A stretch of DNA of 64,000 bases from an uncultured bacterium (GTDB taxonomy: Bacteria > Chloroflexota > UBA5177 > JANWHV01): positions 928,001 through 992,000 of the forward strand of contig CAWHAE010000016.1 of assembly GCA_963827235.1 (NCBI GenBank), in the 5' to 3' direction. Below, piece by piece: positions 41,279-51,690 of this stretch. Positions within the stretch are counted from its first letter, which is position 1. Every line of letters begins with the position of its first letter. The translations under genes were made by a program, and so were the position numbers. The notes under the pieces were generated by a model that was not told the origin of the DNA, searched no databases, and was given only the letters and a program-made list of their open reading frames with translations.

Positions 41279-42436
41279 GTGAAGATCGCAGCTATCGATA
41301 CCCTCTGCGTCGACGGTTACTATCGGAACTTCGTCTTCGTCAAGCTGCTGACCGATGATGGCTTGGTCGGCTGGGGCGAGTGCAGCCTCGAAGGCAAAGA
41401 GGCCGCGGTGCGCGGAGCCGTCACGGACTTTGCCCGCGAGCTCCTCGGGAGAGATCCTCGCCGCATCGAAGCACATCTGCGCACGATGACTCGCGACTCC
41501 TTCTGGATGAACGGGCCGGTGCTGCGCAGTGCAATGGGCGGCCTCGACATGGCGATGTGGGACATTCTGGGCAAGTCTCTCGGCGTTCCCGTCCATGTGC
41601 TCCTTGGCGGCAGACTGGTGGACGATCTCGAGGCCTACTCCAATGCCTGGTACTTCGGCGCAAAAGAGCCGGCGGAGTTCGCGTCGGCAGCGCGCCAGGT
41701 CGTGAAAATGGGGTTCCGAGCCCTGAAGTTCGACCCCTTTGGCCAGGCCTCCTTCGCACCATCCGAGGACGAGATAGAGCGCAGCGTGATGATCGTTGCA
41801 GCGGTCCGCGAGGCGGTCGGACACGGTGTGCGCATCGCCCTCGACGCGCACGGCCGGTTCGGCCTCGTGGGCGCGCTACGCCTGGCAAAGGCTCTTGCTC
41901 TTTACGACCTGTATTTCCTTGAGGAGCCGCTACATCCCGACGATGCTCCCGCTCTGGGAGAGTTGGCGCGGCAGTGTGCCGTGCCGCTTGCTCTTGGCGA
42001 GCGTCTCTACTCGCGCTGGGACTATCGGCCCGTGTTGGAGGGTCGCTACGTGCCGCTGCTACAGCCGGACATCATCCACGTTGGCGGTATCGCAGAGCTG
42101 CACAAGATAGGCGCCATGGCGGACGCGTACTCGGTCGGTATCGCCGCCCACAACGCGGCCGGTCCCATTTCGACAGCCGCTACTCTGCAGGTAGTGGCGT
42201 GCATGCCGAACGTTCAGATCCAGGAGATGTTTGCGCCCGGCGACGCGCCATGGAAAGACGACCTGGCAACGCCGCCAATCCGTATCGTGCAGGGAAGAGT
42301 GCAGATTCCCAGTGGCCCAGGGCTGGGGGTTGAGCTCGATGAGACGGTTGCCGGCGCTCATCCCGCGCAGCCCCGCAGCCTGGGCTTCTACGGCGACGAC
42401 TCGATGCTGGCAATGCCGCGAAGCGAGAACATGTGA
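41279..42436 (+). CDS. Enolase-superfamily sugar-acid dehydratase (galactonate/gluconate dehydratase-like)
   Basis: GWGE, KFDPFG, DAHG, EEP, GER, QPD, HN..GP. Confidence 0.88.
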   Translation: MKIAAIDTLCVDGYYRNFVFVKLLTDDGLVGWGECSLEGKEAAVRGAVTDFARELLGRDPRRIEAHLRTMTRDSFWMNGPVLRSAMGGLDMAMWDILGKSLGVPVHVLLGGRLVDDLEAYSNAWYFGAKEPAEFASAARQVVKMGFRALKFDPFGQASFAPSEDEIERSVMIVAAVREAVGHGVRIALDAHGRFGLVGALRLAKALALYDLYFLEEPLHPDDAPALGELARQCAVPLALGERLYSRWDYRPVLEGRYVPLLQPDIIHVGGIAELHKIGAMADAYSVGIAAHNAAGPISTAATLQVVACMPNVQIQEMFAPGDAPWKDDLATPPIRIVQGRVQIPSGPGLGVELDETVAGAHPAQPRSLGFYGDDSMLAMPRSENM

Positions 42437-43128
42437 TGAAGCAGATGCTCGACCAGGCCGCGCACATGGTCTTGTTGTCGTACCCGTACGATCCTGCTGA
42501 CCCAGTGCCGCCAACCATTCCAGTAGGAACGGTCGAGGCATTGATGACACTCGAACGCGATGGTGCGCGTACCTACCGTGTGCAATTCGTCAATCACTCG
42601 GGAACTCACGCGGATGCGCCGGCCCATGTGGTCGATGCGGGCCGCCGGATCGCCGACTTCGCGCCCGCCGACTTCATCTACCGCCATCCGGCCGTTGTCG
42701 ACCTCCGGGCGACAGACGAAGCCGTGATTGGCCCGGATAGCCTTGAGCCGCACGTGGATGCCATGCGCACTGCGGACCTGGTGATTCTGCGGTTCGGCTA
42801 CGGGGCCGTCCGTCGAAGCGATCCTCAGCGATATGCGACTCGAAGTCCAGGTCTCACCGTTGCGGGTGCGGCCTATCTGCGTGCCACGTGCCCCGGCATG
42901 CGAGCGCTCGGCATGGACGTGCCGTCGCTGGCTTGCATCGCCAAGCTCGAGGAGACGATGGCAGCCCATCACGAGCTGCTCGGCGGACGAGATCGGCGTT
43001 TCCTTGTACTAGAGGACATGTGCCTCGACGCAGAGCTGCACGATCTGCGGGCGGTGCTCGTGGCGCCATGGCTGATAGCAGGCGTGGACAGTGCCCCGTG
43101 CTCAGTCTATGGCTTCTGCTGGCACTGA
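42433..43128 (+). CDS. Cyclase-family metal-dependent hydrolase
   Basis: HSGTHADAPAH, PGL, GMDVPS. Confidence 0.88.
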   Translation: MMKQMLDQAAHMVLLSYPYDPADPVPPTIPVGTVEALMTLERDGARTYRVQFVNHSGTHADAPAHVVDAGRRIADFAPADFIYRHPAVVDLRATDEAVIGPDSLEPHVDAMRTADLVILRFGYGAVRRSDPQRYATRSPGLTVAGAAYLRATCPGMRALGMDVPSLACIAKLEETMAAHHELLGGRDRRFLVLEDMCLDAELHDLRAVLVAPWLIAGVDSAPCSVYGFCWH

Positions 43129-43372
43129 TAGGTCACTGGTGCTCCGCTCAGAACGGTAGAGCTACGTCAAGGCCCTGGAGAGCTTCGAGCTCGGCAGACA
43201 GTCACTCATAGCGGACCATGGAAGGTAGCCGATCAAGTGATTCGAACGCATGCTCGGCGTGTCCCGTGGACGCGACACCGCGTGCTTGCACAGGCCGAGT
43301 CTTCGGCCTGCATTCGAATCAGGGGCAGGCGATCAGCGGCCATCGGTTAGCACAGGGGAGGTTGTAGGAAGG

Positions 43373-44560
43373 ATGCAGGACAAGCTTACCGGGCGTGAAC
43401 GGCTGCTTAGAACCTTTAGGCACGAAAAGGTTGATCGTGTCCCGATTGCGCCTTTCCTATATTTCAACACCACCTATGAGATGTTCCGGTACAAGCCCGC
43501 CATCGACACGTTCTTCAATCCTCCGGATTTTGACCCGATCACGCGGTTTATCGAGTATTGCAGCTACTTTGGATTCGACGTACTGCACTCTCTTGGAAGT
43601 GTGTGGGACTATCACACGGCATATAACTCTACCAACGATCGTAGCTTTGTCCGCAGTGCCGTGAACTGGGACGTCACGATTCAGGAGAATCGACGAGGAG
43701 ATGATGAAAAGCAACGGACGGTGACCATTCGCACACCGGAGGGGGATCTACACCTGGCGGAGGAATACAAGCGGAGCTCGCCGTATCTCGTCGTCTCGGC
43801 GCCGGTGGAGTACCCGATCAAGACGAAGCACGACTTCGAGATCATGCAGCGTTACGCGCCGCCGGCGGATGACATGGATTGCAGTCTGGTACGGCGCGCA
43901 AGCGAGGTGGTCGGCGACGACGGGCTGGTCTCCACGTGCATGCACGGTGTATTCAACCAGGCGGCGCAATTCCGCAAGCTCGAGGACCTGCTGGTCGATC
44001 CGCTGGATGACGAAGGCTTTTACCGGAACATGATGGAGGCCGCACTGGAACGGGTGGTCCTGCGCGCGAAGAAGGTCATGGCGAACGGCGGCGAAGTGAT
44101 CGAGTGTGCGGCGAATCTCGCGGGCAGCGGTGTAGGCCCGCGCTACTACCGCCAATACGTGATGGCGTACGAAAACCGGCTGATGCAGGCCCTGCATGGG
44201 CTGGGTGCCAAGGTTATCTTCCACAATTGCGGCGACGCGGCCAAGATCATGCACCTCTACAACGAAATGGACATGGACGTCTGGGGCTATCTCACCCCGC
44301 CTCCATTTGGCGACGTCGATCTGAACGAAGCGCTGCGCGTCATTCGGCCTGACATGGTCCTGCGAGGCAACATCGATCAGGTCGAGTTCATGATGAAAGC
44401 CACGCCGAGTGAAGTGAAAGAGCGCGTACGGCAGGTGCTGGAGACAGTGAAGCCGCGCGGCAACTTCATCCTGTCCACCACCGACTTCTTCTTCGATGCC
44501 ACGCCGTACCAGAACATCCAGGCATTTGCCGATGCGGGTCGGGAGTACGGCTGGTACTGA
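43373..44560 (+). CDS. UroD/MtaA-family TIM-barrel protein
   Basis: LTGRER..DRVP, FHNCG, GNID, ILST..TP..N...F motifs. Confidence 0.85.
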   Translation: MQDKLTGRERLLRTFRHEKVDRVPIAPFLYFNTTYEMFRYKPAIDTFFNPPDFDPITRFIEYCSYFGFDVLHSLGSVWDYHTAYNSTNDRSFVRSAVNWDVTIQENRRGDDEKQRTVTIRTPEGDLHLAEEYKRSSPYLVVSAPVEYPIKTKHDFEIMQRYAPPADDMDCSLVRRASEVVGDDGLVSTCMHGVFNQAAQFRKLEDLLVDPLDDEGFYRNMMEAALERVVLRAKKVMANGGEVIECAANLAGSGVGPRYYRQYVMAYENRLMQALHGLGAKVIFHNCGDAAKIMHLYNEMDMDVWGYLTPPPFGDVDLNEALRVIRPDMVLRGNIDQVEFMMKATPSEVKERVRQVLETVKPRGNFILSTTDFFFDATPYQNIQAFADAGREYGWY

Positions 44561-44576
44561 GAACGACCGACCGTGC

Positions 44577-45575
44577 TCAGCGGGCTCCGGCTGCAACGTC
44601 AACGCCATTGGGTAGAGCTCGGGACTGCGCGTTCGCCGGATCGGCGGTGCGTTGTTGAATCGCACGCACGAATCCGGCGGCCTCGTCCGTTAGACTCGAC
44701 GGCAAAGCAGCCTGCACGCTATAGCACTGCGCCGATCGGCCCAGTCTGAAGACGATCGTCGATTCCGGCCGGCCTCGCTTCAGCTCCACGGTAGCCAGCG
44801 TGCACAGCGGCATCAGCCAGACATCACACCCGTACGAATCCCCTTTGCGGAGCGCATGGAGCGCGTTCTTCACCACGAACGCCTGCCGGTCGGTTCGGGC
44901 CAGCAGCATCGGCGGCTGCTCGTGAGCGAGCAAGCTCAGGCGTTTCCACCTCAGGTTTCGAGGAAGCGCCGGAATCGACAGGAAGTTGCACAGCTGTTCC
45001 TCAGGACACAGGTACTTGCGGAGGTAGTAGCGCTGCCGGTAGCTAAGCTCCGTGCCGGCACGACCCGCGACGTCAAGCCGATCGTCGGAGACGGTCGAGC
45101 CTGAATGCTCGACTGGTGATCGTCGTTGAGAATCCAGCTTCGACCGGATGAGGCCGACTACCACAAGAACGTCGGGCTCGTTTACGCCGTTGTAGCCGAT
45201 AGTCACACGCTCTGCAGCTCCCGTCGACGCCAGCACCAGCGTGAGCGCGCAGTCCAGCAGGTGGGATCGAAGCTCAATGGCGACGATCTCGCCGAGCGGA
45301 GAAGACGCGGCGACGTACTGCCGACCAGCACTTGTGGTGGCACTGTCTGTCGGGTCGTCAAGGACGAGCACGCGGCTCTCGGAGACGATCAACGCGCGGC
45401 CCGGCGCCGCCGGAAGCCTCCCTCGGGAGCGGATGTGGGACAGAACGTTTGGCGGGCCCCTGAAGCTCACCAGGTGTACGGCGCTCAGCACGGCTTCCGA
45501 CGAACCCAAGCTGCGGTCCGCCACGGTCCTGAGTGCAGGCGGTAGAGCGCGAAGGGCAGTGTCAGTCGACGTCAT
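44577..45575 (-). CDS. Hypothetical protein, possibly two PH-like beta domains
   Basis: Long ORF co-oriented with the operon; two halves with similar beta-strand pattern. Confidence 0.6.
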   Translation of the reverse strand: MTSTDTALRALPPALRTVADRSLGSSEAVLSAVHLVSFRGPPNVLSHIRSRGRLPAAPGRALIVSESRVLVLDDPTDSATTSAGRQYVAASSPLGEIVAIELRSHLLDCALTLVLASTGAAERVTIGYNGVNEPDVLVVVGLIRSKLDSQRRSPVEHSGSTVSDDRLDVAGRAGTELSYRQRYYLRKYLCPEEQLCNFLSIPALPRNLRWKRLSLLAHEQPPMLLARTDRQAFVVKNALHALRKGDSYGCDVWLMPLCTLATVELKRGRPESTIVFRLGRSAQCYSVQAALPSSLTDEAAGFVRAIQQRTADPANAQSRALPNGVDVAAGAR

Positions 45576-45603
45576 TGTTCAAGGCGGCGGATGAATCCAC
45601 TGC

Positions 45604-46800
45604 TCACACCGACATGGTGGGCAAGCTACTTCGCTTTGTCTCGGCGCGAGCCAGCACCTCCGGCCGGAGAGCCACACCGAGGCCGGGAGCGGGATCGAAT
45701 TCTGCCACTCCATCATGGATAGGCACCGGCTTCGACACCAGGTCGCGGTAGAAGCCCTCGTGGAAGCCCCGCACGGTCTCCATGATCATCACGTTGGGGA
45801 CGGAGGCACAGATGTGCAGACAGGCGAAGACGTTCACCGGACCCGTGCAGTCGTGCGGAGCGATAGCGAGATGGTGGGCATCGGCGAGAGTGGCAATCTT
45901 GACGACCTCCGTGATGCCGCCTGTCCAGATCAGGTCCGGCATCACGATGTGTGCTGCCCGGCGGTCCAGCACTTCGCGGAATGCATATTTCGTAAACAGT
46001 CGCTCGCTGACGCACTGCGGCACGCGCGTCTCCCGCACGAGCCGTGCCAGATCGTCCACGCTGTCCGGCTGGATGATGTCCTCCATCCAGATCACGTCGT
46101 ATGGCTCCAGTGCACGTGCAATACGCAGAGCGGTGTTGAGGTCCCAGCGCGAATGGCCCTCGATAGCGATATCCATGCGGCTTCCGGCAGCCTTCCGTAT
46201 CTCCTGAACCGTCCAGAGACCCTGTTGCAGATCCTCCGGCGAGATGTGGTGGCCGCTCGGCCCCACCGCGGACCACCCTGCCGGTCCCGTGAACCCTTTG
46301 ACAGCGATTTGCGGAGCGAAACGGTCCCATGGCCAGACCTTCATCTGGGTGATGCCCTGCGCCAACAGGGACTCGGCCAATTCGCCGGGTCGTTGCAAGA
46401 AACCGTCCTGGTCCGCGTAGAGCGGCGTATCGACGCAGGTATTGTAGATCCGGATCGAATCGCGACATCTACCCCCGAGCAGATTGTAGAGCGGCTGGCC
46501 CAGATACTGCCCGACAACGTCCCAGATGGCGATGTCCAATGCCGAGATGGCCCGCATCTCAGCTCCGGCATAGCCAAAGAAGTTGGCATACGAGAACAGG
46601 GCTTGCCAAAGCCGCTCGCGGTCGAATGCCGGCTGGCCGAGCAGCAGCGGCGCAGCAAAGTCATGGATGACGGACTCCACGGCGCTTGGGATGTAGTAGG
46701 TTTCACCCAGGCCAATCAATCCTTCAGAGGTGTGAACTCGAACCCAGATCAGATTTGGATGCTCAGGCAGCCGCAAAGTCTCGAGCGCGGTGATGTTCAC
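45604..46800 (-). CDS. Mandelate racemase/MLE family enzyme
   Basis: GLGET, KVWPWD, EGH, WMED, SER, PHDCTGP. Confidence 0.9.
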   Translation of the reverse strand: MNITALETLRLPEHPNLIWVRVHTSEGLIGLGETYYIPSAVESVIHDFAAPLLLGQPAFDRERLWQALFSYANFFGYAGAEMRAISALDIAIWDVVGQYLGQPLYNLLGGRCRDSIRIYNTCVDTPLYADQDGFLQRPGELAESLLAQGITQMKVWPWDRFAPQIAVKGFTGPAGWSAVGPSGHHISPEDLQQGLWTVQEIRKAAGSRMDIAIEGHSRWDLNTALRIARALEPYDVIWMEDIIQPDSVDDLARLVRETRVPQCVSERLFTKYAFREVLDRRAAHIVMPDLIWTGGITEVVKIATLADAHHLAIAPHDCTGPVNVFACLHICASVPNVMIMETVRGFHEGFYRDLVSKPVPIHDGVAEFDPAPGLGVALRPEVLARAETKRSSLPTMSV

Positions 46801-46815
46801 GCTAGCTCCCTCCCG

Positions 46816-47856
46816 CTATGGCTCATCTGATGGATCGGTTGGGGAATCTCGCCATTCCGGCACTGGATGTTGTGGTGGCAAGCCTCGCGCCACGGCGAGC
46901 GTATCCTGGGCAGCTGTGAACAGCGACTCGCGGTATGCCTCCTCCGAGAACCCGGCCGAGTGCGACGTGATCAGCACATTCGGCATGTCCCAGAGCGGAT
47001 GTGTCGGCGGCAATGGCGCGGGATCCACCACGTCGAGCGCGGCGCCGGCAAGACTGCCCTCTCGCAGGGCGGCGACCAGCGCCCGAGTGTCGACGATCGC
47101 GCCCCGCGCCACATTGATCAGCACCGCCGTGGGCTTCATCAGCCGCAGCGCGTCACGATCGATCAGACCGCGCGTCGCCGCCGTCAACGGCAGCTGCAAG
47201 GCAACGTAGTCGCATCCCATGACCTCCGCGAACGAACCGGGACGGGCACCCGTGCTAGCGAAGGCGTCCGGCCGAGGGGTTCGAGTCAGTGCCAACACGT
47301 CGAGCCCCAAGGCCCGCGCCAGTGTAGCGGTGCGCTGGCCCGAACGGCCGAAACCGAGGATGCCCAGGGTCTGCCCGGCCGCGCGGCGCGGTACCGGAAG
47401 CTCATTCAACCCGAGCCAGCGATGATCGGCGGCGGCTCGAATCAAGGCGGGGAGCCGGCGAGCAAAGGCGAGAATGAAGAGGATCACGTGCTCGGACAGC
47501 TCCTCGGTGCAGAAATCGGGCACATATGTCACCATGACACCACGTCGCTTCGCGGCCGCGACGTCGATGAGGTCGTAGCCGGCGCCCACTCGCGCCAACA
47601 GCTTGCACCGCGGTAACGATGCGAGTACCGTGCCGTTGATACGAGCCCTGAAGAGGTAGAGTCCGTCGCAGTCGACGCCGCGCGCGATGATCTCTTCCTC
47701 ACGGTGCCCTGCCATGTGGACGATCTCGATGCCGGAATGTACCAGAGCGCGGAACGGCTCCGGCAGCACGGGGAACTCACCGGCATCCGTAAACAACATA
47801 CGCCACGGTGGCGCGATGGCATCTGCCGCGCCGCCCCGTTCGTCGCCTGTAATCAT
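46816..47856 (-). CDS. D-isomer 2-hydroxyacid dehydrogenase
   Basis: GAGYDLID, GFGRSG, INVARG, LDV, SHSAG. Confidence 0.9.
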   Translation of the reverse strand: MITGDERGGAADAIAPPWRMLFTDAGEFPVLPEPFRALVHSGIEIVHMAGHREEEIIARGVDCDGLYLFRARINGTVLASLPRCKLLARVGAGYDLIDVAAAKRRGVMVTYVPDFCTEELSEHVILFILAFARRLPALIRAAADHRWLGLNELPVPRRAAGQTLGILGFGRSGQRTATLARALGLDVLALTRTPRPDAFASTGARPGSFAEVMGCDYVALQLPLTAATRGLIDRDALRLMKPTAVLINVARGAIVDTRALVAALREGSLAGAALDVVDPAPLPPTHPLWDMPNVLITSHSAGFSEEAYRESLFTAAQDTLAVARGLPPQHPVPEWRDSPTDPSDEP

Positions 47857-47923
47857 GCTGGCCTCGCTTGAAGCATCGTCGCAGCCCTGCCGGCCGGCTC
47901 CAGCCTCGGCAGGCCCATGTTTC

Positions 47924-48661
47924 TTACCAGGTCTTTCCGATTCGCTGCAGAGTGCTGGGCATCACGACCAGCTCGGGCACGAGCACGCGAGGTGGTAGGC
48001 TCGCCAGGAACACACAGATGCTCGCGAGGTCGTCGGGCCTGAGCGCCTTTGCCCGAATCTCGTCGGTGGGTGGCTCCGGGCGCGCATTGAGTAGAGGCGT
48101 GTCGATCAGGCCGGGCAAGAGGACGCTCACGCGCACCCGATGTTCCTGCTCTTCCAAGCCGATGGCGTGCGCCAAACCCAGCACAGCGCTCTTGCTGGCC
48201 TGGTAGGCGGGACCAGAGGCATCGGGCCAGCGGGCCGATACCGAGGCAATGACGATCATCAGCCCATCGCGAGCGCGCAGCAAGGGCAGGCACGCCTGCG
48301 CGACGTTGAATGCTCCGGTGACGTTTGTGGCCAGCACCCTGTCCCAGTCGTCGCCGGAAACGTGCTCGAAGCGCCGCCGCTTCACATTCATACCCGCGGC
48401 GCAAACGAGCAGGTCGAGGCCGTCGAACTCCTCGCCAAGACTTGCGACCAGCCGGTCTACGGCCGGGCGGTCCGTGACGTCGAGCGGCACGACCCGGATA
48501 TGGGGCGCTTCGGCGGCGAAGTCCCGCAGCGCCGGATCGTCGAGCGCCGCCCCTACTACCCGAAAGCCCGCTTCCGCAAGCTTGAGAGCAGTGGCTCGGC
48601 CGACCCCGCTGGACGCGCCGGTCAGCAGCGCCAGCCGCTCCTGTTTCTTCTGCTCGACCAT
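47924..48661 (-). CDS. SDR oxidoreductase
   Basis: TGASSGVG, YQASK. Confidence 0.9.
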   Translation of the reverse strand: MVEQKKQERLALLTGASSGVGRATALKLAEAGFRVVGAALDDPALRDFAAEAPHIRVVPLDVTDRPAVDRLVASLGEEFDGLDLLVCAAGMNVKRRRFEHVSGDDWDRVLATNVTGAFNVAQACLPLLRARDGLMIVIASVSARWPDASGPAYQASKSAVLGLAHAIGLEEQEHRVRVSVLLPGLIDTPLLNARPEPPTDEIRAKALRPDDLASICVFLASLPPRVLVPELVVMPSTLQRIGKTW

Positions 48662-48675
48662 CACCCGTTCCTTCC

Positions 48676-48711
48676 TTGACAGTACAGAGAATATCATATA
48701 TCATACATCGA
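48676..48711 (+). promoter_or_regulatory. Sigma70 promoter of gntR overlapped by ATATCAT heptad repeats
   Basis: TTGACA 48676-48681, 17 bp, TATCAT 48699-48704; ATATCAT-ATATCAT-ACATCGA 48691-48711. Confidence 0.75.
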
Positions 48712-48887
48712 ATTTGCTGCTCCAGCGTAGCGCAACACCGCCGGTACGTCAACCAAATCGTGAGGCCCCATGACAGTCGCGACCACCCGTCGAGCACGCT
48801 CGGCAACAGGTGGCCGGGGCTCCGGGCATGACGTGACGAGAGAGGACTGCGTGACGGCGACGGCCTGCCGCCGGCAGGGGAAGAAGA

Positions 48888-49664
48888 ATGGCTGAGGAAC
48901 GCGCTACAGTAAGTATCGAGCCGCTCGGCACCGCGATGCGGAGTACTTACAAGATGGCGATCTATGAAACACTCCACGAGCTTATCCAGAACCTGACGTT
49001 GCCACCAGGCGAGCGGCTCGTCGAAGCTGATCTCGCCGCCCGATTCTGCGTCTCCAAGACGCCGATCCGGGAAGCCCTGCTGATGCTCGAACAGGAGAAC
49101 CTCGTCACTATCGTGCCGCATGTCGGGGCCACCGTCACTACCGTCTCGATAGATGACTACGAGCAGCTTCTGTTCCTGCAAGATGCGCTGGAACAGCCGG
49201 CCCTGCCACTCATTGTTGAGCGCATTACGCCGCGGGAGTTGGCTAGCGTGGATGCGCTGATCGAGCAGATCGCGAGGTTCCACAAGTCGCGCGATCAGGC
49301 TGCGTACCATCAGTTGGTTAGGCGGATGCACACCGAGCTCTTTTCCGCGGTCCGCTATTCCCGCTTAGTGGACCACTTGGTCATGGTGATGGAGGCCCTC
49401 CGGCGCTACCATCCCATTTTCGTATGGCCGTTCGAGGAGTCATCGGCGCTCGAGCTGGAGATCATCGCTGGGCGGGTCGCGCACATTCACACCGGCGACC
49501 CGTCGGCAGCCGCCGCCGCCGTACGGCTGGGGCATACTCAGCTGCTGGAGAACGCTCAGCGTCGCGTCGCGTCGCGGGACCCTATCGTCTGGCGCTATCT
49601 GTCGGAAGGCCCCGAGGCGAAGAACGGCCAGGCAAACCTGCGCTTGGAGCGTACCCGCATCTAG
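48888..49664 (+). CDS. GntR family regulator (FCD domain)
   Basis: PGERLVEADLAARFCVSKTPIREAL. Confidence 0.92.
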   Translation: MAEERATVSIEPLGTAMRSTYKMAIYETLHELIQNLTLPPGERLVEADLAARFCVSKTPIREALLMLEQENLVTIVPHVGATVTTVSIDDYEQLLFLQDALEQPALPLIVERITPRELASVDALIEQIARFHKSRDQAAYHQLVRRMHTELFSAVRYSRLVDHLVMVMEALRRYHPIFVWPFEESSALELEIIAGRVAHIHTGDPSAAAAAVRLGHTQLLENAQRRVASRDPIVWRYLSEGPEAKNGQANLRLERTRI

Positions 49665-49676
49665 AAAGGAACGAAA

Positions 49677-50510
49677 ATGCCTCGTGACTGGTTCGATCTC
49701 AGCGGACGAGTAGCCCTGGTCACAGGTGCCGGCGCCAATGGCGGAATTGGCCACGCCATCGCGTTGGGTCTGGCGGAAGCAGGCGCGGATGTCTTCGTGG
49801 GCGATATCGATCAGGCAGGCGCCGACCACACGAGTCGCGAGGTCGCCGCGCTGGGTCGATCGAGCAGCAACTTCCGATGCGACATCGCCGCCTCGGAACA
49901 GATAACCGCTATGTTCGAGGCGTTCGATCGGGCATTCGACCATATCGACATTCTCGTCAACAACGTGGGCATCGGCCATCGCTCGCGTCCGGAGGACCTG
50001 ACGCTCGACGACTGGCACAAAGTGATGTCGGTCAACCTGGACGGCACGTTCCTCTGCGCGCGAGAAGCGGGGCGACGCATGATCCGCCGGGGCCGCGGTG
50101 GAAGCATCATCAACATCAGCTCTATCGCCGGCATCTCCGCCCTTGGCCGCGGCAACTTTGTCTACAGTGTGACGAAGGGTGGCATCAACCAGCTCACGCG
50201 CGAGTTGGCCGTGGAATGGTCACCACATCAGATTCGAGTCAATGCGATCATGCCTGCTCAGATCGTCACGCCGTTGCTGCAGCAGATGTTTGACGACCCG
50301 CGGCTTGACACGGGCCGCCTGCGCGACCGACTTCTGGCGGGCATCCCGCTGGCGCGGCTGGGCGAGCCGGATGATATCGCGAAGGCTGCTGTGTTTCTGG
50401 CATCCGACGCTGCCTCGTTCATTACCGGTCACTTGTTGCCGGTAGACGGTGGAAACCTCGCGCTCAACGGCGGCGGCAGCCGCGTGTGGCCAAGCGAGAG
50501 TGAACAATAA
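49677..50510 (+). CDS. SDR oxidoreductase (gluconate 5-dehydrogenase/KduD-like)
   Basis: FDLSGRVALVTG, NISS, YSVTK, LAVEW. Confidence 0.9.
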   Translation: MPRDWFDLSGRVALVTGAGANGGIGHAIALGLAEAGADVFVGDIDQAGADHTSREVAALGRSSSNFRCDIAASEQITAMFEAFDRAFDHIDILVNNVGIGHRSRPEDLTLDDWHKVMSVNLDGTFLCAREAGRRMIRRGRGGSIINISSIAGISALGRGNFVYSVTKGGINQLTRELAVEWSPHQIRVNAIMPAQIVTPLLQQMFDDPRLDTGRLRDRLLAGIPLARLGEPDDIAKAAVFLASDAASFITGHLLPVDGGNLALNGGGSRVWPSESEQ

Positions 50511-50718
50511 CCGAATTGCCCTGGTGAGAGGGTGCCGAGCTGCGTGAACGGTGAGACGGCCTGATTGGACCGGTTCTGCTGACCGTTACGCGTCCGGGCC
50601 GGCTGGCTGTGGATCGACCTGGGCCTTCTCGCTGGCGATGCGGCCGCGAGATGAGTCGCCTTCGACCACCGTTCAGCCGGTAGGTGGAGCGTGCGCTGAC
50701 CGAAGGAGTCGGAGATCG

Positions 50719-51690
50719 ATGTCCATCTGCGAAACAACCTACGAAGGTCAGCCAGCGATAGCGTATGAAACAGACCGACTAGCTCTTACCATTCTGCCGC
50801 ACATCGGCGGCAAGGTGATCTCGGTCCTCGACCGCGCGACAGGCCGTGAGCTGCTCTGGCGAGAGCCGGACCGGCCGCTGCGCAAGCCGCCGTACGGCGC
50901 CGCCTACGAGCAGTCCGATATCAGTGGCTGGGATGAATGCTTCCCGTCCATCGGCGCCTGCCCGTATCCCCTGGAGCCCTGGGCGGGTGTAGGGGTTCCC
51001 GACCACGGTGAGCTCTGGACGGCCGTGTGGTCCGTCGAACAGGATCGGCAGGATCTTGTGATGCGCGCCACCGGCGTGGCACTGCCGTATGTGTTCGAGC
51101 GGCGGTTTCGCCCGCTCCCTGCCGGATTACGCATCGAGTATGCGGCCACAAACAGAGGCCACGCGCCCCTAGCCGTTCTGTGGTCCATGCACCCGTTCTT
51201 CAGCGTTAATCCCACGACCCGGATCCTCCTACCGGACGGCGTACGCGTTCGCGTCGAGCTTTCCAAGAATGAGCGACTTGGCGCCAAGGGCAGCCTGCAC
51301 CCCTGGCCGGGCACGCATGACCGAACCGGGGCCTCAGTCGATCTCAGCATGATGGGCAAGGCGGATCAGAACACGCTCGAGAAGTTGTATACCGACCGGT
51401 TGCGCGCGGGGTGGGCGGCCGCCCAGGACGAAGCCACTGGCGACTACCTGGCGTTCACATTTGATTGCACCAGCGTGCCGTTCATCGGCATGGCCATCAA
51501 TAGAGGCGGCTGGCCGTTTGACGGGCCACGTTCGGACAACCTCATCCTCGAGCCCTGCACCGGCTGGCCGGACCGGCTGGATGAAGCCGTGGAAGAGGGA
51601 ACGTGCGTGACTATTCTGTCCGGAGATACCGCACGGTGGCAGATCGACCTTCACGTCGGCAGTGGTGGCTGGGCCAATCGCTCTGCGTAG
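50719..51690 (+). CDS. Galactose-mutarotase-like (aldose epimerase fold) protein
   Basis: GWDECFP, DHGE, WSMHP, LEP. Confidence 0.8.
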   Translation: MSICETTYEGQPAIAYETDRLALTILPHIGGKVISVLDRATGRELLWREPDRPLRKPPYGAAYEQSDISGWDECFPSIGACPYPLEPWAGVGVPDHGELWTAVWSVEQDRQDLVMRATGVALPYVFERRFRPLPAGLRIEYAATNRGHAPLAVLWSMHPFFSVNPTTRILLPDGVRVRVELSKNERLGAKGSLHPWPGTHDRTGASVDLSMMGKADQNTLEKLYTDRLRAGWAAAQDEATGDYLAFTFDCTSVPFIGMAINRGGWPFDGPRSDNLILEPCTGWPDRLDEAVEEGTCVTILSGDTARWQIDLHVGSGGWANRSA

